DNA of 32,997 nt, taken from positions 1 to 32,997 of the forward strand of contig CAZCJG010000001.1 of assembly GCA_964498575.1 (NCBI GenBank), read 5' to 3'. Made by a program: the position numbers and the translations under genes. This document shows positions 8,173 to 14,848 of this stretch, piece after piece; the first letter of the stretch is position 1, and each line of letters begins with the position of its first letter. The notes under the pieces are model-generated. The model had not been told where the DNA came from. It was given only the letters and a program-made list of their open reading frames with translations, and searched no databases. This DNA comes from an uncultured Anaerolineales bacterium (GTDB lineage Bacteria; Chloroflexota; Anaerolineae; Epilineales; Epilineaceae).

Positions 8173-8809
8173 CGGCATCTCCCCTTGAATCGTCCGGAGT
8201 ATCGAGCAGGTCGCGCAGGGCGCGGCGCGCGCGGTGGAGGCGGCTCTTGACGGTGCCGGGCGCGACATCGAGGACCTCGGCCGCTTCCGCCACCGCCAGG
8301 CCGTGGAAGAAGACGAGCTCGAGGGTCAGCCGCTGATCCTCCGGCAAGGTCGCGAGCGCCTCCCGCAGGTCCAGGCGCTCATCCAGCCGGCGTTCGCGGG
8401 CGACCTTGCGCGCCTCGACCGCCAGGCCCGTGTCCAGATCGACCGTCGCTACCCGCGCCCGGCGGCGCGCGTTGATCGCGCGGTTGCGGGCGATCACCAG
8501 CAGCCACGTGCGCACGCCGCTCTCGCCCCGGAAGCCCGCCGCGGCGCGCCAGGCGGCCAGCATCACGTCCTGCAGCACCTCCTCGGCCAGCGGCCGATCG
8601 CGCAGGCGGCCGACCAGGAAGGCCAGGAGCCCGGGGCCATGCCGGGCATACAGGCGCTCGAGCGCGGCGGTCTCGCCGCGGGCCATCGCCCGCACCAGGG
8701 CACGGTCGCCGTCATCGACCTCGTCCGTCGCGGCGGCAGGTCGCCTGGCCGGCTCAGCCCAAGCGGCGCTCATCCGCATCCCTACCCACTCCAGCAGCTC
8801 CTCGGCCAT
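8159..8809 (-). CDS. ECF-family RNA polymerase sigma-70 factor
   Basis: Region 2: LYARHGPGLLAFLVGRL..AEEVLQDVMLAAWRAAAGFRGESGVRTWLLVIARNRAINARR. Region 4: LPEDQRLTLELVFFHGLAVAEAAEVLDVAPGTVKSRLHRARRAL. The track ORF starts at 8884. ATG 8809 is preferred because the GGAACC-N17-GTCT element lies just upstream; ATG 8779 is also possible. Confidence 0.9.
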   Translation of the reverse strand: MAEELLEWVGMRMSAAWAEPARRPAAATDEVDDGDRALVRAMARGETAALERLYARHGPGLLAFLVGRLRDRPLAEEVLQDVMLAAWRAAAGFRGESGVRTWLLVIARNRAINARRRARVATVDLDTGLAVEARKVARERRLDERLDLREALATLPEDQRLTLELVFFHGLAVAEAAEVLDVAPGTVKSRLHRARRALRDLLDTPDDSRGDADARV

Positions 8810-8826
8810 GGCATCCGAAGAGCAAT

Positions 8827-8853
8827 AGACACGCTTTGGCGGGGCCGGGTTCC
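8827..8853 (-). promoter_or_regulatory. ECF-type (probably autoregulatory) promoter candidate upstream of the sigma gene
   Basis: The minus strand reads aaatGGAACC-cggccccgccaaagcgt(17 nt)-GTCT-attgctcttcggatgcc-ATG(8809). The -35 and -10 elements and the spacing are identical to the site at 2890-2916. Confidence 0.5.
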
Positions 8854-8907
8854 ATTTCGGGCGAGATGCAACCCGGCCCGGCACCCAGCGTGTCTCCTGC
8901 TTGCGAC

Positions 8908-8934
8908 GGAATCGAACTCATCTGCAGCCTGTCG
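8908..8934 (+). promoter_or_regulatory. Degenerate ECF-type promoter candidate upstream of the giant membrane-anchored protein gene (GGAATC-N17-GTCG)
   Basis: The site is GGAATC (8908-8913), gaactcatctgcagcct (17 nt), GTCG (8931-8934). Spacing matches the two exact sites, with one mismatch in each element. It would give a leader of about 120 nt containing direct repeats. Confidence 0.35.
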
Positions 8935-8974
8935 ATTGGACCCCGTTCATCTGCAACCTCGCACGAACGAGATC

Positions 8975-9004
8975 ATGCACAACGATGCACAACGATGCAC
9001 AACC
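8975..9004 (+). repeat. Three tandem 10-bp repeats ATGCACAACG in the 5' region of the giant gene
   Basis: gatcATGCACAACGATGCACAACGATGCACAACCcttg. This AT-balanced repeat stands out in high-GC DNA. It lies 59 nt upstream of ATG 9063. A second direct repeat, TCATCTGCARCCT, occurs at 8918-8930 and 8947-8959. Confidence 0.8.
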
Positions 9005-9062
9005 CTTGCGCGACCATTACCGCGCCTTGCGCGACGGTCCGCCGCGACCCGAGGAGTTTGCC

Positions 9063-12000
9063 ATGTCTATCCCCAAGCCACCAATCGCCCGCGCCCACCC
9101 GTTGGGGCGCTCCTCCTTCGCCGACCCGCCGGGCCGCGGCTTCGTCCTGGGACTGCTTTGTCTCGGCCTGGGCTTCGGCCTGGTCCTGGGCTGGGTGTTC
9201 GGGCGCGCCCCGGGCGCGGCGGCGAGCTCGGCCGGGGGCGGCACGGCCCCATCCGTGGTCGACCAGGGCGCCGTCGGCGGCGACGCGGCCGGGAGCGAGA
9301 GCTGGCTGCCGGTCCTGAACTTCGAGGGCCGCCAGGACATCTGCCTCAGCTCGATCCAGGCGCAAAACATCGGGACCGACTTTGCCAAACCGATCCTGAT
9401 CACCTTGGGCGAGGGACCTCAGTGCGGGCCGGCGGCATCGAACGTCCGGGGTGTCGAGTGCGGCGGGCTGCTGCGCCCCGGCGACGCCTGGATCTTCGGG
9501 ATGGCCCAAATCCCGACCGGCAGCTTCGGCGGCGTGATCTACAGCTTCAACCTGCGCACCCTGTCCGAGCTGGGCCTGAACCCCGGCTTCGACGACGTGG
9601 CGGCCGACTTCCTGTGCCAGCGCCTGGCCAGCGATCTCAAGGCCGGCCCGGATGCCTTCCGGCGCTTCGCCATCGCCTACCGTGAAGGTGGCGTCTGGGC
9701 GGGCGTGCCGCTGGACCGCGCGAGAGGCACCCGCCTCGGCGTCACGACGCTCCGCTACTGTCCCGGCGACCGCCACCTCGGCCTCCTGGTCGCCAGCGGC
9801 TACGCGGCCCTGCCCCCGCCTCGCGGCTACGCGCCCGGAACCGGCGTGCGTTTCGACTACGCGATCGGGCCGGTGCACCGCAACGACGACGGCGTCAACA
9901 CCAAGGTCTATGTCCAAGGCATGGGCACGAGCTGCACCAGCTTCAGCCTTTACCTTCAAGACACAGGCGCCTGCGGCGCGCCGAGGCTCTGCGGCGGGTG
10001 GTCCGTGGGGCCGGGGCAGAGTCTGGTCATCGAGCCTTCGGCTTGCCAGTCCAACGCCAAAACGGGTGTGCTGTGGGCAACGGGCAGCTACGAGCCCATG
10101 GCGATCGTGGCCGAGACCGTCGGCAACGACGGCCGGTCGAGCTATGCGGCGATCCCGGCGGCCACCGGCGGATATCTCGAGCCGGTCGTCGACGCCCAGG
10201 GGCCGACCCTCTTCGCGCCCCTGCTCTTCCTCGACAGCGCCGAGGCCGATTCGGAGCTGCAAGTCTTCGTCCAGAACCTCTCGATCGCCGCGCCGGCGCG
10301 TGCGCGAATCACGCTGCTGGACGCCGCCGGATCCCCGCTCGCCGCCGAGGATATGCCGATCTGCGCCCAGGGTCAGGTTGTCTTCCGCCGCAGCTTCGCG
10401 GGCGGGCCGGCGCGGACGGTCCCGGCCGTCGGGAGCATCCGGGTGGAGAGCCTGCCGGTGGCGCCGAGCGGCGCGACGCGGATCGGCGCGGTGGCCGAGA
10501 TTGTCCAGACCGACCGGGCGCTGGGCGAGCTCAGCCAGACCCACGCGCTCACGCTCCTGCCCGAGTCGCAGGTGAGTGCCTGGCCGCCGAGCGGCGGCTC
10601 CGACGGTGCCGCCGTCCTGGCATTCCCGCTCTGGAACGATCCCTGGAGCACCACCTTGACCAGCGACCTGATCCTCTCCAATGCCGTCGCAGCGCCGGGC
10701 CGTACCGACTACGTGGTGCTGGCCTTCGACCAGAACGCCCTGGTCGGCCTGCAATGCGGGTCGTTGGGCCCCGCCGAGACGGACTACCTTGACCTCAAGC
10801 CGGCCATCCTGCCCGTGTCGCGCGGCTTCGTGGGCGCGGGGATCGTCAGCGCCACCGCCTGGACGCATCGGGACGGGGCTGGCGCGCAAGCGAGAGCGGT
10901 GGTGGGGTTGGCCGGCCTGAACCTCATCCGAAGGGACAGCCCACTGGGCGAGGACGTTCCTGGGGACGAGCTGGCGGTAGTGACCGCCCGAGCGCTGCCG
11001 CGGGGCGTCCTGTCGGGGAGATCCCTGCCGGCCGCAGCGGGTGGGCGGGCCGCGGCGATCGCGCGGACTCCGGCGATCGCGCGGACTCCGGCGAGCGGGC
11101 GGACTCCGGCGAGCGGGCGGACTCCGGCGAGCGGGCGGACCGCGCGGGCCGCGAAAGCTCCGGCCGGCCTGGGTGCGCTCTGCCCGGGCGGGGTCTTGCC
11201 GCCGGCGCCACCGCCCGTGCCGCTGCCGGTGCCCCGAGGCTCGGACGTGGCCGAGCTGCATCTGCCGGTGGTGAACATTCAGGGACAGGACATGGTCTGC
11301 AACAGCCAGCTCGAGGTCGCCAACCCGGGCACCGAGCCGAGCCAGGCCATCCTCGTCGCCTGGGACGAATTCGGCTTCGCCCCGCCCAACTGCCGGGGTC
11401 CACTCGAGATTGAATGCTCGGGGCTGATCGCCCCCGGCGCCGCCTGGTCGATCCCGATCTACATGGACTTAGCGTCGGCGACGTTGTACAGCCTCAGCGG
11501 CCGCACCCTGGCCGAGCTGGGCATCGATCCCGGCTCGACCCAAACCGCGGGCGACCGCGTGTGCGACGCCCTCCGGAGCACCGCCATCGGCGACTGCGAC
11601 GTGCAGCGCCTCTTCGAGCACGCCTTCCGCAACGGCGGCAGCTTCGCCGGCATTCCCCTGGCCCGCGCCTACGGCGCGCCGCTGACCGCGCGGCTCAAGC
11701 GAATGTGTCCGAGCTTGGTCGTTCCCGGCGTCGAGGAGCAGGACGATTACTCGGCCATCCCGCACCGCGACACGATCCTGGCCCAGGGCGGCAGCGACCC
11801 GGTCGACGGGACCTACGCCTACGCCATCCCCGAGGCCTTCGGCGATCGCGACGGCGTCTGGAGCGTCATCTACACCCAGAACGTCGGCAGCGCGACGACC
11901 GGCGCTGCCCTGGGCTTCCGGGCGCACGGGTCGGAGGTGGTAAGCAACTGCACGTTGACCTGGCTGGCACCCGGCGAGATCTGGCCCTTCGACGTGTCGG

Positions 12001-12491
12001 ACTGTGTCGGCCCCGATTGGATCGGCAGCATCGTCGTGACCAGCCGACAGCCGCTCGCGCTGATCGTGGACGACATGCATGTCGATCGCTTCGCCACGCA
12101 TGGCGCCTTCGCCGGCCGGCTCGCCTTCGACGTCAACGGCGACGGGCGGGTCGACGGCGCCGATCTCGCCCTGATCGATGCCGCCAGCGGCGCGAAGCCG
12201 GGCGACCCGCGCTGGAATCCGCGGCTGGACCTCAACTTCGACGGGGTCATCGACGCCGCCGACCGCGACATGCTCGCGCGCTACCTGGGCCTCCCCGCCC
12301 AGCCCACCCCGACACCGCCCGCCGGGTCGAGTGTGACGCCGCCCATCGGGTCGACCCCGACGCCGTCAGTCCGGCCGAGCGCAACGCGTACCGCCACGCC
12401 GAGCGTGACTCCGAGCCCTACCGCCAAGGTCCCGGCGATCTACCTCCCGCTGTGCGCGTCGAACACCAGGCTGGGAGAGGGTGAGCGGTGA
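9063..12491 (+). CDS. Giant membrane-anchored surface protein: N-terminal TM, duplicated ~150-aa Cys-containing module, several beta-sandwich-like modules, dockerin-like Ca-binding repeats, Pro/Thr-rich tail
   Basis: The ORF 8901..12491 is trimmed to ATG 9063 (GAGGAG 6 nt upstream; MSIPKPPIARAHPLG). TM segment: FVLGLLCLGLGFGLVLGWVF. The duplicated module spans 9303-9764 and 11256-11711. Dockerin/EF-hand-like pair: FDVNGDGRVDGADLALI and LDLNFDGVIDAADRDMLARYLG (12126-12290). The PT-rich tail ends ...AKVPAIYLPLCASNTRLGEGER. I recognise no characterised family for the core. Confidence 0.85.
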   Translation: MSIPKPPIARAHPLGRSSFADPPGRGFVLGLLCLGLGFGLVLGWVFGRAPGAAASSAGGGTAPSVVDQGAVGGDAAGSESWLPVLNFEGRQDICLSSIQAQNIGTDFAKPILITLGEGPQCGPAASNVRGVECGGLLRPGDAWIFGMAQIPTGSFGGVIYSFNLRTLSELGLNPGFDDVAADFLCQRLASDLKAGPDAFRRFAIAYREGGVWAGVPLDRARGTRLGVTTLRYCPGDRHLGLLVASGYAALPPPRGYAPGTGVRFDYAIGPVHRNDDGVNTKVYVQGMGTSCTSFSLYLQDTGACGAPRLCGGWSVGPGQSLVIEPSACQSNAKTGVLWATGSYEPMAIVAETVGNDGRSSYAAIPAATGGYLEPVVDAQGPTLFAPLLFLDSAEADSELQVFVQNLSIAAPARARITLLDAAGSPLAAEDMPICAQGQVVFRRSFAGGPARTVPAVGSIRVESLPVAPSGATRIGAVAEIVQTDRALGELSQTHALTLLPESQVSAWPPSGGSDGAAVLAFPLWNDPWSTTLTSDLILSNAVAAPGRTDYVVLAFDQNALVGLQCGSLGPAETDYLDLKPAILPVSRGFVGAGIVSATAWTHRDGAGAQARAVVGLAGLNLIRRDSPLGEDVPGDELAVVTARALPRGVLSGRSLPAAAGGRAAAIARTPAIARTPASGRTPASGRTPASGRTARAAKAPAGLGALCPGGVLPPAPPPVPLPVPRGSDVAELHLPVVNIQGQDMVCNSQLEVANPGTEPSQAILVAWDEFGFAPPNCRGPLEIECSGLIAPGAAWSIPIYMDLASATLYSLSGRTLAELGIDPGSTQTAGDRVCDALRSTAIGDCDVQRLFEHAFRNGGSFAGIPLARAYGAPLTARLKRMCPSLVVPGVEEQDDYSAIPHRDTILAQGGSDPVDGTYAYAIPEAFGDRDGVWSVIYTQNVGSATTGAALGFRAHGSEVVSNCTLTWLAPGEIWPFDVSDCVGPDWIGSIVVTSRQPLALIVDDMHVDRFATHGAFAGRLAFDVNGDGRVDGADLALIDAASGAKPGDPRWNPRLDLNFDGVIDAADRDMLARYLGLPAQPTPTPPAGSSVTPPIGSTPTPSVRPSATRTATPSVTPSPTAKVPAIYLPLCASNTRLGEGER
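11055..11144 (+). repeat. Five in-frame 18-bp tandem repeats inside the giant gene (encode AIARTP AIARTP ASGRTP ASGRTP ASGRTA)
   Basis: gcgatcgcgcggactccg occurs twice, gcgagcgggcggactccg twice, then gcgagcgggcggaccgcg. The array lies in the linker between the two halves of the protein. Confidence 0.9.
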
Positions 12492-12512
12492 GCACGGCGC
12501 CCGCCCTCGGCG

Positions 12513-13217
12513 CTACCGCGGCCTCTCTCCCCCGGCCACGCCGCCCTCGTGGTCCGGCCGAATCGCGGACTCCAGGCGCTCGACCTGGCGCGCGAGGTCC
12601 GCAACCTGGGCCACGAGGGCGGCGATAACCTCCAGGAGTGCGGGATCCGTCGCCGGCGCGGATTCCGCCAGCGAGGCTGTCGGGGCGGTCGCCGGCGAGT
12701 CCGGCGGAGCGATCGTCGGAGCGGGCGGCGGGGAGGCGGCGGGATGCCCCGCCGAGGGCGCCGCGGCAGTCGGGAAGCCTGCCGCCAGCAGGGGACTCCA
12801 CAGCGTCAGCGAGCGGGTCAAGCTCTCGCCGACCTGGCGCTGGTAGGCCTGGGTCTGGCGCAGCGACTGCTGCATCGACCGGACCACCAGGTCGGTGTAG
12901 TCGGCGGTGAAGCGCTCCCACAGACGCAGGCTGTCGGACATCGCCTGGGCCTGGTGCTCGGCGCTGTCGCCGGCGACCGAGTCTAGCGTGAGCTGGGCCA
13001 GCCGGCTCTGGATGAACGCCAGCGCGTCGGCGAAGTCGGTGAAGCGCGTCTCGGCGTCGCTCTGGACGTGGCGGATGTGACCACGCCAGCGCACATGCGG
13101 CTCGCCATCGGCCTCGCGCCACACATCCTGCGAAAAGCGCAGCACGAACGAGGCGATGTCCGGCTGCGCCCGCGTGGCCGGATCGTCCGATCGGCGGTCC
13201 GTAGTCGTCGTGGTCAT
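12513..13217 (-). CDS. Hypothetical protein (N-terminal small beta-rich domain, helical middle, Pro/Ala-rich linker, C-terminal coiled coil)
   Basis: The ORF 12513..13349 is trimmed to ATG 13217 (MTTTTTDRR), with GAGGAGAGGAAG directly upstream. The start is 25 nt after the SARP stop, so the two genes are probably co-transcribed. Motifs: SFVLRFSQDVWREADGEPHVRWRGHIRHVQSDAETRFTDFADALAFIQSRL, SLRLWERFTADYTDLVVRSMQQSL, LLEVIAALVAQVADLARQVERLESAI. Confidence 0.7.
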   Translation of the reverse strand: MTTTTTDRRSDDPATRAQPDIASFVLRFSQDVWREADGEPHVRWRGHIRHVQSDAETRFTDFADALAFIQSRLAQLTLDSVAGDSAEHQAQAMSDSLRLWERFTADYTDLVVRSMQQSLRQTQAYQRQVGESLTRSLTLWSPLLAAGFPTAAAPSAGHPAASPPPAPTIAPPDSPATAPTASLAESAPATDPALLEVIAALVAQVADLARQVERLESAIRPDHEGGVAGGERPR

Positions 13218-13242
13218 CTTCCTCTCCTCATGCCAGCTCTCC

Positions 13243-14115
13243 TCATGCCTGAACCCGGCCGCCGCGCGCATCCACGGGCTGCCCGTCCGCCGCGAGGATC
13301 GCGTCATGGATCGCACGCGTCGCCGGCAGCGGCGCGAGCCCGATCTCACGTTCCATCACATCGACGCAGCGCTGCCAGGCGCGTAGGGCCAGCGCGCGGT
13401 TGCCCTGGGCGAGGTGGGCCCGCATGTGGATGCGCCAGGCGTCCTCCCACACCGGGTCGATCGCCAGCACGCGCTGGGTCAGGTGCAGGCTTTCCAGCGG
13501 GTTGCGGTCGATCAGGAGGTCGGCCAGCCGCGTCATCGCGCCCAGCGCAAGCGTCTGCAGGCGCTCGGTCTCGAAGCTCGCCCAATCCTCGTAGCGCCGC
13601 TCGGGCAGGAAGTCGCCCGCGTACAGCGCCGCCGCGGCGCGGAGCTGCGCGATCGCCGTGTCCGCATCGTCGGGCAGCGCTCGATTGGCGGCTTCGACGC
13701 GCGCCTCCAGCTCGGCCGCGTCGATCCACAGCTCGGCCATGTCCAGCCCGTAGGTCTGCCCGAAGCGGCGGACGAAGCGCGGCTCGGCGCGCGGTGGGCG
13801 CTGCGGCTCCAGCGCCCGCAGCACCGCGTTCAGCGCCACCTTGAAATCGCGATCTCCGGTCTCGGGATCGGCCTCCGGCCAGAGCTGGTCGATGATCTGC
13901 AGCTTGTCCAGCCGCCGCCGGCGCTGGGTGACGAGAAATTGGAAGAGCTGCACCGCCTTGTCGCGCCCCCAGGCCGCCGCGTCGATCTCGTGCCCGTCGC
14001 GCCAGGCCCGGAAGCCGCCGAGCGTATGGACGCCCAGCGGCGCGACCGTGGCGCGGTCCACCCGCTCCGTCGCGACGGGCGCCGCCATGGTCTCGGCAAG
14101 CTCCGGCGGGATCAT
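13243..14115 (-). CDS. SARP (AfsR/DnrI/RedD)-family transcriptional regulator: winged-helix DNA-binding domain plus BTAD
   Basis: The N-terminus (LGVHTLGGFRAWRDGHEID..WGRDKAVQLFQFLVTQRRRRLDKLQIIDQLWPE) is OmpR-like. The BTAD part reads ELWIDAAELEARVE..LYAGDFLPERRYEDWASFETERLQTL..LTQRVLAIDPVWEDAWRIHMRAHLAQGNRALALRAWQRCVDVMEREIGLAPLPAT. The start could instead be ATG 14088. Confidence 0.85.
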   Translation of the reverse strand: MIPPELAETMAAPVATERVDRATVAPLGVHTLGGFRAWRDGHEIDAAAWGRDKAVQLFQFLVTQRRRRLDKLQIIDQLWPEADPETGDRDFKVALNAVLRALEPQRPPRAEPRFVRRFGQTYGLDMAELWIDAAELEARVEAANRALPDDADTAIAQLRAAAALYAGDFLPERRYEDWASFETERLQTLALGAMTRLADLLIDRNPLESLHLTQRVLAIDPVWEDAWRIHMRAHLAQGNRALALRAWQRCVDVMEREIGLAPLPATRAIHDAILAADGQPVDARGGRVQA

Positions 14116-14234
14116 CGGGCGGAAGTATGGGCGCGGCCGGCCAGCGGGTCAAGGCCGGTCCCCAATCGTCCAGGCGAGCGGCCGCCCGGGCACGCCGCGC
14201 GTTCAGCCCGCGCGATCGGCCCGAAAACACGTGG

Positions 14235-14262
14235 TTGACGGACGAGGAAAATCGGGTACCAT
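14235..14262 (+). promoter_or_regulatory. Sigma-70-type promoter candidate for the DoxX gene (TTGACG-16-TACCAT)
   Basis: TTGACG at 14235-14240, a 16-nt spacer, then TACCAT at 14257-14262. The site is about 80 nt upstream of ATG 14342. Confidence 0.3.
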
Positions 14263-14341
14263 CGTTGACATCCGGCGGCTTCGGCCCCGACGCTAGGTGA
14301 CGACAACCACACGTGAAACGTTCAGAAGGAGACCTCAACCC

Positions 14342-14761
14342 ATGAAGGCACTTTCGCTCCCCTTCCTCCACCCCCTTGCGCCCTATGGCACCTTGATCAT
14401 ACGGCTGGGCCTCGGCCTGATCATGGCGGCACACGGCTGGCAGAAAGTTCAGAATCCCGCCGGTGTCGCCGGTTTCTTCGGGAGCCTCGGCATCCCCGCC
14501 CCGCAGCTCATGGCCTGGGTCGTCATCGTGGTCGAGCTGATCGGCGGCATCTGCATCATCCTCGGCCTGGGAACGCGCTTCTGGGCACTCCTGAGCGCGA
14601 TCGTCGTGCTCGTCGCGATCATCATGGCCAAGGGTTTCGGCGCGATCACCGGCGAAGGCAGCTTCGAGCTCGAGCTCGCGATCATGGTCGGCATGCTCGG
14701 GCTCGCGCTCATCGGCCCGGGTCCGGTCTCGGTCGACCGCAAGCTTAACGTCGAAGAGTGA
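14342..14761 (+). CDS. DoxX-family membrane protein
   Basis: The ORF 14297..14761 is trimmed to ATG 14342 (AAGGAG 9 nt upstream). It has four hydrophobic helices and the DoxX-like signature LIIRLGLGLIMAAHGWQKV..GFFGSLGIPAP..VVIVVELIGGICIILGLGTR. Confidence 0.85.
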   Translation: MKALSLPFLHPLAPYGTLIIRLGLGLIMAAHGWQKVQNPAGVAGFFGSLGIPAPQLMAWVVIVVELIGGICIILGLGTRFWALLSAIVVLVAIIMAKGFGAITGEGSFELELAIMVGMLGLALIGPGPVSVDRKLNVEE

Positions 14762-14779
14762 CGGCCGGAGCGAACAAGC

Positions 14780-14805
14780 AGGGGCGACCCCTTGGGGCCG
14801 CCCCT
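14780..14805. terminator. Bidirectional hairpin between the convergent DoxX and sortase genes
   Basis: AGGGGCGACCCC-TT-GGGGCCGCCCCT forms a 12-bp stem with one A/C mismatch. It lies 19 nt after the DoxX stop and 44 nt after the sortase stop. There is no clear U-tract, which is common in high-GC genomes. Confidence 0.55.
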
Positions 14806-14848
14806 CAGACATCGTTGGTTCGATGGCGTGCGTCAGCCCGCCCGCATC

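Noticed and set aside
11055-11144. Possibility that the 18-bp tandem arrays (here and at 29449-29556) are CRISPR or other non-coding repeat loci
   Set aside because: The units are directly adjacent with no spacers and are in frame within long ORFs. They encode regular hexapeptides. No cas genes are present.
8973-11261. ORF 8973..11261 (-, 762 aa) and ORF 8234..9685 (+, 483 aa)
   Set aside because: The first is antisense to the giant gene. The second is an alternative frame across the sigma gene and the intergenic region. Both have Arg/Pro/Gly-dominated low-complexity translations and no motifs, and they conflict with well-supported genes.
13346-14812. ORF 13346..14812 (-, 488 aa) spanning the SARP gene, an intergenic region and the DoxX gene
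   Set aside because: It crosses a promoter-containing intergenic region and two well-supported genes in other frames or strands. Its composition is Arg/Pro/Gly/Asp-rich and non-protein-like.
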